From assembly GCA_002189035.1 (NCBI GenBank), contig NEEC01000009.1:372001-436000 (forward strand): a stretch of 64,000 bases of DNA. The letters are read 5' to 3'. Both the position numbers and the translations under genes were made by a program. Below the pieces are notes generated by a model. The model ran no database searches, was not told the origin of the DNA, and saw only the letters and a list, made by a program, of their open reading frames with translations. This stretch comes from Utricularia gibba (Eukaryota; Plantae; Magnoliophyta). Positions 52,548 to 64,000 of the stretch are shown here, piece after piece. The stretch's first letter is position 1. Each line of letters begins with the position of its first letter.

Positions 52548-55500
52548 AATTTTTTCTTTTTCCTTTTCCTTTTCTTCTTCCGTCGATAGTACAATAAGCT
52601 TTCTCTTACATCAGAAGAGTTTTCCTCTTGGAAGGAACCACGAAGCCGCGGGCTTGAACCAGGTAGCCACCTGGAAACCGGGGACCCGGCTTATAAAAAG
52701 ATGGGTCCTGTAAATTACCCTTGGTTTTTGGTGCTATTTTCGACAATGCCATTTTTCATGATGCCCACACTTTCTTTTTTGTGAGTCATTGTTTGCTGCA
52801 ACGGGGACTGTAAATGATTCCATACTGCATAATTCAAGGTATTGCAGTCTTTGACTTGGAAAGTCGGTAGGGAGCTAGTTACCAGACATGTATCACATGG
52901 TTTTACATTTTCTTGCAGTCCACTAATTTTAGAGGCTCCATCCACAGCAGAGCACAGAGCTACTGCAAATGCAAGTGTGATCATAAGCAAGCGTGGGATC
53001 TGGCTTTGCGTTCCAATTCCAAATCTGCGGAGGAGGCCATGGAATCTGAGCATCATCTAACACAAACAGGATTGCAATGTAAATGGATTTAAGCACATTC
53101 TTGGTGTGAACTGTGCATGGTAAACAGGTCATTTAACGTGGATTGATGTGTGTGGTACACAAGGCCACACGTGCACGATCCTTGGCACGAATCTCTTGTG
53201 AACGAATACTGACAAATAGCATATACAAAAGGGATGGTACGTTCCCATTTTTTAATAGACCGGCTTTAAGGTGTGCATCTGGTTCGCCGTTTGTTGATTC
53301 CATCAGTTTCACGTCATTGCAGAAATGAATGAATACCCACATGCAGAATATGTTAAACCATGCGAAACTCCAATCCCCCAATAGGAGACTTTGAGCCGCT
53401 TGTGTTGAAATGGGGTTCGGTTCCAAGCTGCTCTCTGCTTGGTCTGTGCAAGAAAGAAACCCTTTTTGACTTTTCAAGCCTCTCACGCCTTTGTCGTCTT
53501 GCAGTTCTTTCTCTCCCATCCATCCCTCTTTAATGTTTGGTTTTGCGAGGCCCACCACGATTCCCAACCTCATCTAAACACACACACACACACACCAGTC
53601 ACCACTCTTTTCTATTTGCCCCTTTCTTTCAATCGCAGGCAGCCTTCCATTCCACCCTCCACGGAGGGGACCCCATCTTATCTTACTTACACCCCACGAC
53701 TCCAAAAATCAACACCCCTTTTTGTCCCAACTCCTAAAAGAAAACTCGCCCCTAGGTTTTAGTCCGTTTTAGACCTGTGGGTTTGTTTAATTGGGTCTGC
53801 GTCAACCCAATTTGGAGGCCGTGCCGCAACGCATTCTCCCCTCCTTCCACCCTATGCAACAGTCTTCTGGGACGACTGCAACTGGACTGGAGCCTGCCTG
53901 CTCCATGAGATTAGGGTTTGGTGGAGTTGCGTCCTGTGCCGTGTGACGAGACGTAACTGAACCGATGGGTTCACACTGTAGACGCATCCAAGATTTTTTT
54001 TCTCCGATCCAAAAAGCAGCATGTGTGAGTGTGGAGGAGGAGAATTGTCATGGACGGTGGTGGGCCACCACTCACGTCAATTTTATCATTTACTCCGGCA
54101 GACCCTATTCGTAATTTCCAAACGTGGGAGGGCGCGGATGCAAATACTCTTGGGGCCGAATTCGCATTTCCCCTAAACATTTCACCCCAATCACACACAC
54201 ACACAGTGATTTAGTGGTGCGACGCTGTTATTACAAGGCGACGATTAAAGTTAAAGGCAAGCATAGCGACAGCTTCCACGCCGAGGGCAACGGCACATGG
54301 TGGGACCCTGCAACCTTTACACGCGTCACCACCACCAACCCTCACGCTCGGGGGACCAAAACCTCCCCTAGGCGATGCTCCACCACCTTGGCCAGCAATA
54401 ATTAATATCTATTCCACTTCTCTCCTTTTTTTTTTTCTTATCTTATAATATAATAATTATATTCATGACATCATGAAATTCTACATATATTTTTATACCC
54501 CTGAATCAGCAAGACAGGGTTCTGAAATTAGGATGTATTTTATAAAACATGTATTATAATATAAAGAGATAAGCCAAGTGCTACAACCAACCAGAGCAAC
54601 TGTCACACTCGGTACAAACCGAGCCTCCTACCGCAACACTCGGCACTTGCCCGTCCTCTCTTTTTCCAAGTTATACACCTTGCACCGCGTGACACCCCGC
54701 ACTTTGTACCCAAGTTTAAGGAACTTATTCGAACGTTTACTCTATAGTCTATACTCATGTAAAGTTGACATTAAGTACACAAGAAATATAGATCATATTA
54801 TAAAATATTCGAATCAATTGATTATTAGTTATTTGAAATTTATTATATATTTAACTATTTCAATTTCAATTCTCGATATGAAATTTTTTTGCTCTAATAT
54901 ACGTCCTTAAGTCGAGCTGGTATTTGATCCAATTAAGACTTGCTTTTTGTGTATGATTATAGATAATACTCATATCATAAATAGATCTAATTTTTGTTGC
55001 CTAAACTGAATGAATCTTTTTTGTATTTTTTTTTTTCACCAAAACTCAAGTTTATATGAAACTTATCTGAACTGCCCAAGTTGTATCGTGAGTCAAACAC
55101 TCTGATATCATGTTAAAATTAAGGATGCAATAGAGTTAGATGAACATACGTGAAATCCAAGTATACAATAAACGTAAATCATATTAGAAAAAATTAAATT
55201 TAATCAATTAATAGTGATTTACAATTTTAATATATTCGACTATTTCACATTTAAGTTATGATATAAGATTTATCTGTTCTATTACATAGGACAACATTTG
55301 TTATAAAACCCAAATACTACATACGGCATTCACGGGTTGATAATATTATATATTATAAAAAAAATTAAAAATAATTTAATACTTAAAATTCTTTCATGAA
55401 AAATAAATAATAAATATTTATATGTGATTATTTATTATATGAATAATAAAATGTATCAATAAAAAGAAAGAATATAATTGATAATGCATGGATATTATTG

Positions 55501-58248
55501 TCTTTTTATATCATAGGATTAGTTACATCCATTGATATCATTGGTTTATATTTCAATATAAATTTAAAAGTAAATAAGAAAACCATGTTGATAATTTTAA
55601 ATATTATTTTCACTAAAAAAATGATTCATGTATGCTATTTAACATATACTAAATTTTCACCTCTTATCAAAGGAGCTCCTAGTGTCCCCCATCCCCAATG
55701 AATCAATAAAATAAATTAATTCTGACAAAATATAAAAAAATAGCTATAAAAACCCATTTTTGACTCGATCAAACACATATCAATCTAATACATTTCGGTA
55801 TATAATTCTATGGATTATTTTTCTTTTGCAACTTTGTCATTTAATGCCGATTTATATTAAAAAGTCATTATTACCCCTCATACACGCACAAAAAAAAAAA
55901 AAAAGAAATGATCAAAATTTCGAGAGAATGTGGACAACTTTTTTTATAGCCTAAATTTCGATGTAAATAAAGTCCGTAAAACTTTGTCCGAATTTAAAAC
56001 GGGTGTTTTATTGGAATTCCTCCTCCTGTCATTAGCTAGGGTTTTGGTGGTATAGAATAGTGGACCAGCAGCATACGGTCGAATTCTTTTCACGTGTTTT
56101 TATAAAAAATTTTGGGAAACATTATCTGGTCAAACCAATTAAAAAATTGAAAAAAATACTGATTTTCCAACCACTAGTCGTTGCTGTTTTATTTCATTTT
56201 ATGTCGTTGGAAAAAAGAAAATATATATCTGGGAAAGATTTTGGAGTTGATTGAAAAAATCAAAATTTCGAAGAAGTAATTTGAATTTTGTTGAAATTTA
56301 AAACATGTGGTGATAATACTATTCCAATCTTCCGTACTCTTTGATGCCCAACCGTCAGGGACGTGACATGGAATCATTTACTCGCGACTCCAAACATTTC
56401 ACTTGAAAAGTGTACTGCAACCGTAGAGGGTAAAAAACTGCTCAAATCATATGAACATTTTTGCATTTCATTTTAATTTCCACCGATTTGGGTTAGCAAC
56501 CCGGCTACACTCTCCTTCGCCCCGACAAATGCCTTGGAAAGGGGAGGAGGAAGAGCTCCGGCATCGAGATAATGCGACGCCGTTTAGTCGGAAAATGGAG
56601 GGGATGCAAGGTAGGGTTTCAAAAAGAGGGAGGGAGGGTGAAGTGTTGGTTGTGTGAGGACAAGGGGAGGGCATTTCTGGAATGGGGGGGGGGTTCAAAA
56701 CCCTAGCAAGGAAGGAGTAAATGCGTCACCGGGTTCCTAGAACAACGGCGAGGGTATTAGTGGAATAGGGGGGCATTGCAAACCCTAGAGGAGAGTGGGA
56801 CAAGGAGTGACGTGGTGGAGAGACAGAGAGGGGTTGTCTTTATCCATTACATGTAGCCACGTGTTCGCCTATTCGTGCGCCGATTCAGCCCCCCCGAGCC
56901 ACCTTCACTTCACCTGCCGACCAGTCACAATCAGACGCCTATCGCTTGGTGACTCGGTCCTATGCTGTTGTTCTTGTTGTTGTCCCAAGGCATCAGAATC
57001 ACGCAACTCAGGGATACACACTAAACCAAGAGAGCAGGCAGGATTTTTCAGGCTGATTGGAATTTTCAGCACTCTACCATAGAATGGCATAAACTGATAC
57101 ACTAAAGGAACGCTATACTTTGCTTGTTCGATGAACGCCTTGTGGTATGAAATGGTCTGCATCAAGAAGCTGATTTTGTTTTGGGGATGGAGGGTGACAT
57201 GGGAACAATGAGAGCGTGTCCAATGGCACAGCGGAGGCTCTTAATTGCCGAAAGGAAACCAGGAAGAAAAGAAGGGGCTGACTGATACTTGTCTAGTCAT
57301 TGCTTAGAAAACCGAAATTATCCCAACAAAATTCCTGAATCCTGATGTAATTTGACGGGCCAGAGCGAATGCCTGCCTGATAACTCTTACCTTACCCTTG
57401 AACCCCTTTTCACTTCTCATAATTCCTTGGCAGTTTTGCACCCCTTTTTTCTAGTTGTAATTGTGTGCTGACAGGTTTTGGGCCAGAGCTAACACCAACA
57501 GGCTAAGTCTTGGTCCAGTTGTTTTCGAGCATGAGCCCACCCGTCTTGTAGCCAGTCATACACCGTGTGCGTGGATGGACTCTATTGTTGTAGAAGAAAT
57601 GTACAAGCCGATTGCCTCCAAACTGTTTCACATTTTTTTCCTACTAACTAACTGCTGATATGTTTAAGTGCTTCCAGGCTGAAGTCTTAGACAGCAGAGC
57701 AGGGCTGGTTTGCTAACTTAGGCGTCACCGAGGTTTGCTGTGTTTGATTCTCCATTCCACGGTCGCGGTTGCAGACACATCATACCTGTGGTTGGTTGGA
57801 TTCTCCAAATAAGGCCATTGCACCAGACCGACACCAACGTTTGAGCCATTTGCACGTGGGGGCAATCAATGAGGAGATTGCACCCCTTGATCCAAAAGGG
57901 CAGCCATCGCGTCGGTAGCTTTCAGAAGGAGCACATCACGTGACCCCCACGTGAATGGGGATGAAATGTCCCTGCAGATGCAAATTCCGGGATGAAATCT
58001 CCCTGTCACGAATCCAATGACATCTTTCAAGTAAAGAGAATGTCTTCCTACATTGAAACCTCTCCATCTCCAACACCAGTGTGGAGAATGAATCATATTA
58101 TAGATCATGCTTTCATTTCTGAAAACATTGCATACATCCGTAACATAAATACATAACAGCTACTCGATGTAATGACAGAGATTAAGGATCTAGGAGTTGG
58201 GAGGCAGCAGATGGCGTCTCTGCTTCAAACAACTCCAGAAACCACCTA

Positions 58249-59437
58249 TCATGAACTGGTTTTCCCTGATCCAAGTGTGAGCTCCAACTCATCCATCCCG
58301 ACGTCGTGTATGATTTCACCTTCCCAAGCCTTGACACCACAATCTTGATGCTTGAATTTCAGATCAACTGAAGTGGCACCCTTTTCTCCCCCCATCCAAC
58401 GTGACCCTGAAGATCACTCTTGCCGGCCAGAGGTTTCAATATGTTATAGGTGGCAGCTGTTGCTGGGATGTGGTTGAAGCTGAGCTGCCAGACATCAGAT
58501 TTAATGGCGGAGAAATCTGCCTCATCGCATTCTGGAATGGGGATTGGCTTTAGAAGTTGGCGCCTCTTGGTTTTGGGACTGGATGGGGCTGAGGCGGCAA
58601 AAATTGTGTTCCTAAGAGAATTCAATGATTTTCTAGAAACAGGCTGAAAAAATGGCTTGGGATTTGAGCTTCTCGTTGGGGAGGAAAGTGGAGGGGTCAC
58701 TGGGGCACTAGAGGATATGCGTAGAGGAGGAATTAAGGAAGGAACTGATGACATGTTGCAGAGAAAGGGGAGATTGTAGGATGATGAATTTCCTTCACAT
58801 CTGCTGGGGCTTGGAAATGAGGAAGATGATGGACTCGCCTGGTAAGAAGGCATCGGGCTCGGAAAAGCTGACGAATTTGGGCTCGGTTGAATCGATGAAC
58901 ACCTGCTGATATTCCTTGACTCCACTGGAGTGTCTCCTAAGGGTGGCTTGCAGCCCTGTATGAAAGTTAACAATTTAAGTATCATACAAAACAATCCGAT
59001 CGCCCGGGTACATGGCAAAATAGATTTCAACAAACATGGATTTCAAGAAACGGACAAGCAGATAAAGACCGCAGATCAAAAGTACACTCAGAAACAGCCG
59101 CGGAAACACCATCAATTGAACAAAAATCGAATATTAATCCCTAACTAAAAAAGGAAATGAGGGATCAACCAAATTGCAGAGCGAAGCCGAATGAATCAAC
59201 GGAACGCACCTTGCGATAAGTGGTTCCATCTTCTTCGACAACCCACCCAGCCTCCCTACAAAGCGCCTTCAAAACCTCGTTGTTATCACAGTGTTTGGGA
59301 AGCTTGTAACCGCCCTGAGATCGAAGCCCAGCGTAGACCTTAGCGGCGATGGCTCTTCTCCTCCTCTCTCGCCGCTTGTTGTTCTCCCTCTCCTTCCAAG
59401 TCGGCTGCCTCCCCGCCGATGCACCCATCGCCGTCAT
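58249..59437 (-). CDS. BEH2: BES1/BZR1-family transcription factor (BEH2-like), 2 exons, with an apparent 1-bp frameshift at 58388-58393
   Basis: DNA-binding domain [57 protein letters not shown], 14-3-3 site [12 protein letters not shown], and IPECDE. In the shifted frame: [28 protein letters not shown] (EAR-like motif). Confidence 0.92.
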
Positions 59438-61487
59438 TCGCCAACTCGCCCGCGCCGGAGACTCGCTCTCTCTCTCCCTCTCTCTCTCTGTATTATTGAA
59501 CTCCCTCCCGGTGCGCAGGTGAGAGCGCTCAATTAGTAGGAAGCTTGTGGCCCCCACCCACATGCTTCGCATGCTTTTACTTGAAAAAAGTTGCTTTGTT
59601 TTTTTAAAAAAACAAAAATAACTACAAATGAAATGAATAGTATCTTAGTAAATTAATTTCCATGGGTTATGGGCTGGATTCATCATTAATGTGAAAACCA
59701 AACTCACAATTCACTTGCCATTTGTGAATTTAAATAAAATAGTTAATGAAAATGACATATAATATATTTTATTAACATAATTTATTTGCACTATTTGATA
59801 TACAAGATACATCTAATTTCTAAATTTTGATATATTAAATAAAATTAATTGCCAATATTTTGTATCTTTTATGTTCTTTTTATCATTAACTATTTACTTA
59901 TTTTTTACGATAAAAAGATTTAAAAATATTGAATTATAAGTTTCGTAAAAGTATTTGAATATTCTATATAATTAATTTTACTATTTGAAAATCAAACATA
60001 TTTGATTCTCATTTATTATTCAAAATGGATGCTCACATGTTCCATTACTAGTTGTGAGAAGGTGTAAAATTGGGTGAAGATTAGGATTTGATAATATATA
60101 TATTAGTTTTTTCTAAATAAAAGTATGAAAATAGATTTTATTTGAATTAAAAATAATAAATATTAATCATAAATATTTAATGAGAATAAATACCAATTCT
60201 TGGTGATTAAATACTTTAAAATTCTAATACAATAACAATTGATATATATTTAAAATTATTATAGAATTAAGTTATGTATAGAATATCAAAAATGAGAATT
60301 GATTTTAATAGTTAAATAACATATTTATTAATAATTATATTTATAAATTTTAATTTAAAAATATATTTTTAAATCATTATAAAAATATTATATGATTTTT
60401 GAATTATAATTTATATAATTACTTTAATTAAATATATTTATATTAAAATTATAATTTAAAAATTAAAGTAATTAACTTATTAATAATTATAATTATTTAT
60501 CAAAAATAGATATTACTTTAGTTTCTAATTTAGAATAAGTGATAGAAAATCAATTATCGTAGTGAAGCTACCGTATTATGTTTATCATAGAATTTAATTG
60601 ATTTTGAAAAATTGATTTTTGTAGAATAAAATTTGTTATACATGTTAAAGACAAAATCAATTCGATTCTTATAATTTAGGAAGCTTAGCTAAATATCCAG
60701 ACCAACTGGTTACTATTTTGCCGGTGGCTTGGCGAAAAGAAGAAACCAAGAGATCCAGCGGGGCCCCACTCCCCGACGAGCTTCAACGCCATCGCGTGGT
60801 TGATGGTCTGTCTGTTTCCCCTTTTAACTTCGCTTCTATGGCTTCCGCCTCCGCCGCCCAAGTTCTCCGGGTATCATTCTGCTCGCAAACGCTGCCCTTT
60901 CATCTCCATGACTATCGATCTGAGCCAGCTGTTGCTCTGCCTGCGCTACAGCCATGTCGCCTACTTCTGATGCTCCTTCACCTCTTCCAATTTCTGGATC
61001 AGAGTCCTCGGTTGGGAATTGGCGGATTCCTGTCGAGAAATCAGGCTCACGGACGGCAGGAGAGTTGTTCTAGATTCTTAAGCTGCTTCTCCGTGAAAAC
61101 CTCCTACCATTTACCTAAACGCTTGGCGGGGTGCCTGGGCGGCGATCTTCTTCCATTTTTTGCCGTGCTTGGGTTGAGGAGAAATGACGCATGGACTGTG
61201 AGTAGGATCCTTTCCTGAATCCGTTCGGGCTTGAGGCAGTTTTACCACCGCATTTAGGTTCGCGATTGAGGGATGATCCTCCCATTCGTTGGGAAACGAG
61301 GTTCCATTCTTCAGGGCCGTACGGGTTGACGTAGTCACGGAGGAGGGCGCATCCTTCCGGCTGCCAGCAATCAGCAATGCCGCTCTTTCATCTTGTCGCC
61401 GTGGTCATGAAGGCGAAGAAGAAGAAACTCGATTCTTTCCGGTGCGTTTTGCGAAATCAAGCGGGCGAACTTACTATATTCATATAG

Positions 61488-61560
61488 AAGTGGGCTTTTT
61501 TAGGACATTAATCAGTGGGCTTTCTAATGGGCTTATTAACTCAATAATGGGCCGAGCAAA
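61488..61560. promoter_or_regulatory. Four site II (TGGGCY) motifs, probable bidirectional promoter
   Basis: GTGGGCTT twice, ATGGGCTT and ATGGGCC within about 70 bp. A pyrimidine-rich leader-like segment with a possible donor (about 61798) lies to the right, and a GC-rich segment lies to the left. Confidence 0.5.
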
Positions 61561-62046
61561 TCAAAATCCACCACAAATTGTGCCCTAGTTTTTCTGATGA
61601 AGAGTAATCATTAACCAATCATCAAAAAGTAGATTCTGTCTTTTATCTCCTTCTTCTTGTCCCCCCTCCAAATCCCAACCCCAGACGCGAACAATCACCA
61701 TCTTTGACAACGGACAGAGTCAAAAACTGCTCGTCTTTCCGAACCTCCACTTTTCGTCTCCGCAGCGCGCCTCTGATAAATCCCAGATCGGAAATAGGTT
61801 TGTGTTATTTCATTCCAGTTTAAACCTCTTTGTTTTTTGCCAAGCTTCCTCTCAAGCTTTTGATCTTTGTGTTGCGGAACACGGAAAAAAAAAGCTAGGG
61901 GATCCTAAGATTGATTGCTGTGATCCATGTTATACTGTTTACCAAACTATTCATGTATTGAAGCACACACCACACACTTACATATAATAGTTACAGCAGA
62001 GAATGCAAATAAGTATCTATGACACACAATACGAGTGTAGCTGTGA

Positions 62047-62259
62047 TTACTCCTCGGTATCCTCAGGTTTGCTCTTTCCCTTTCCCTTTCCCTTGACAGC
62101 ATTGACAGCGGAGTGGATAGCCTTCTTTCCGGTGCTGACAAGTTTTTTCCCGACCATTGTGGAAACATGTTCTCTCTCCGGAGGAATCACCGACCCTTTT
62201 TTATAGTACTTGCCATACCCTGGCTCTTCCACCCTCGAGCTCGTGTCTCCTTTCTTCAT
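62047..62259 (-). CDS. Putative small Lys-rich protein of about 70 aa, unknown function
   Basis: ORF MKKGDTSSRVEEPGYGKYYKKGSVIPPEREHVSTMVGKKLVSTGKKAIHSAVNAVKGKGKGKSKPEDTEE*. TATATAA lies about 40 bp upstream on the same strand (62299-62305). The composition looks protein-like, but I cannot name a family. Confidence 0.5.
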   Translation of the reverse strand: MKKGDTSSRVEEPGYGKYYKKGSVIPPEREHVSTMVGKKLVSTGKKAIHSAVNAVKGKGKGKSKPEDTEE

Positions 62260-64000
62260 CTCCTTGATCATAATCAAGTTCAGTGCCACATGGAGTAGTT
62301 ATATAGCTGAGTTACACTCCCTTCAAGCGCGTCTACTGCAGTTTACCAGAAATTTCTCTGTAATGTAAGTGTTGCTGCAGCAATGTGTTTCCAGGGTTCC
62401 TGGTGCAGATGGACGGTAAGGACGTGTAGCAGTGTGAATGTTGGGGTGATGTAGATGTTTAATCGGAATTATCTGTTTAATCAGAAAGGGGAAGGAAGCA
62501 GCTCTTCTAATCCAACACAGCTTCACTGCAGGGAAGAAGACAGAACTTTTTTCGATTCTGAGAAATGTGTCTAGAAGGTGAAAATGGTTTAAGATATTGT
62601 TGAATTTCCATGAAATGCATGATGAAGCAGGTCGCCGCGGGAACGTGGAGAAACGAATGGGAAAGGGTCCCAGGAACCTGACGAGAGGGAAGAAGATGGA
62701 CGGACTTGGATATGGAAGAGGAAGCGGGGTGCTCTCCAAAGGCCCATGAAGTGAATCATATCTGCTGAGGCCCAACTTAACCTAACTATCCAACAACCCG
62801 CAATGGTAGCCTATGCTTGAGCTCAAGAATAGGCAACGGTCATAAAACCAATCTCTACAAAGGATACACTTTGTTATAGAATATGTATTGGGTAATAACC
62901 CTAAATATGCATACATTGTTTCACAAAATCCGCTCTTCTTCACCTTAGCTACAATTCTTTATGGTGAACCTGATGTGAAACGAAGAAATACACGTCTCCT
63001 TCTTCCTGCTACAACAACAACTCCTCAACCTTCATATTAACACATACCTGATGCATCACTTGTTTGCTGCAATGAATATCAATCTTGCTCCCCCCACCTT
63101 TGATGGAAAGGATGCTAAGGAGTTTTGTACCTGGCAAAAGAAAATGCGAAACTATTTCACAAACCATGAGATGGAGGACTACTTCACTGAGAACGCACAA
63201 CCAAGCACAAACGCAGAAGGTTACTGATAATACCATTTTTATTATGTTTTTATATATGTTTTTAAGTATGCTTTGTAGGGATAATTGTTATTTAGTATGC
63301 TAAATTATCTTATTTTGCGTATTTAATCCGCTAGAATGTGTTTATTGTGAAAACAGGCTCAATTGGCAACAATTGAGCCAAAAACTCTAATATTTTGTCC
63401 AGTCTATGTTTTAAGTCTTATCAGGGTAAGAGCTAGTACTATAGCAGCGCACTTTCCGCGTTGACAAGTCAGAAGGGACAGAAAAGCTGTGCAAAAGCCA
63501 CTTTCCGCCGAAAGTAGCCGCCCTTCTGAAGAGATAAGATATGGAGCAGAGATCTCCCTTCTAGAAGCCTGAGGAAAAGACGAAGCTACCCTTACTTTTA
63601 AGCTGCAAAAGGGAAAAGGAAGGGAAAGAAGAGGAGAGAGTACACTGTGCACGCAGAGTGCACAGGCAGCGAACAGGAGCGAGCGGGAGCAAGGAGAACT
63701 CCGTTTCTCCGGCGCAAGTCTCCGGCGACCTCCAGATCAGCGTGTCTACACCACCGTTCCGGCCAGAACTTCGATTTCCAACAGATCTCCAGCCCACAGA
63801 AGCATCCTGCAACTTTTATTTATAGATTTCTGCACTCCCTTTTCTACGTGAACTTGCTACTGTTATTGCCGTCGTTTTTATGCTTTCTGATGCTTTTCGG
63901 TACCTTGCTGTGAACTGGAAACTCGTTGTAGACCTTGCCTTAGTTTATAAACATGTTTCTGTTTAAACTTTCCATGTTTGACTTTAAGTTTAACGCGCTT

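Noticed and set aside
54590-54710. TGTCACACTCGG and GTGACACCCCG resembling Tekay/Del LTR termini
   Set aside because: There is no paired LTR, TSD, PBS or PPT, so chance similarity cannot be excluded.
55310-55340. Possible degenerate Helitron 3' end on the minus strand
   Set aside because: The hairpin is imperfect, the terminal CTAG is not present (GTAG), and no 5' end was found.
60540-60690. AATCAATT/AATTGATT-rich tract resembling a MITE interior (similar motifs at about 13990-14110)
   Set aside because: No identifiable TIR pair or TSD, so it cannot be delimited.
62323-62775. 150-aa minus-strand ORF
   Set aside because: It has a TTG start and crosses intron-like pyrimidine tracts. No motif or coding-like composition was seen.

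Overview
Gene-dense eudicot (plant) nuclear DNA with short GT-AG introns. About 19 protein-coding genes can be reconstructed by eye, in order: SmB, cytosolic pyruvate kinase, PDK1, an At3g52170-like protein, a Lys-rich arabinogalactan protein, a DYW-PPR and an E-class PPR in tight tandem, a WAC/DDT protein, a PERK kinase, SCL4/7 GRAS, an At5g66780-like seed protein, HAN/GATA18, an HhH-GPD DNA glycosylase, a RADIALIS-like MYB, a Tubby-like F-box protein, TOM1-like TOL5, a PPTC7-type PP2C, an HD-Zip I of the HB21/40/53 clade and a BEH/BZR1-family factor. Short AT-rich islands separate the genes. The most striking pattern is that six otherwise intact genes (SmB, AGP, PERK, GATA, TLP, BEH) are each exactly one base short, and each lesion falls in a G/C homopolymer run. 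Assembly consensus error is the most likely cause; real mutation or slippage is the less likely alternative. Other notable items are an 867-bp non-autonomous hAT-like element with a perfect 8-bp target-site duplication upstream of the glycosylase, two PPR genes only 60 bp apart, and a small Lys-rich antisense ORF with its own TATA box near the right end. No prokaryotic system, CRISPR array, rRNA or tRNA was seen. Family assignments and Arabidopsis locus names are from memory, not from database searches.
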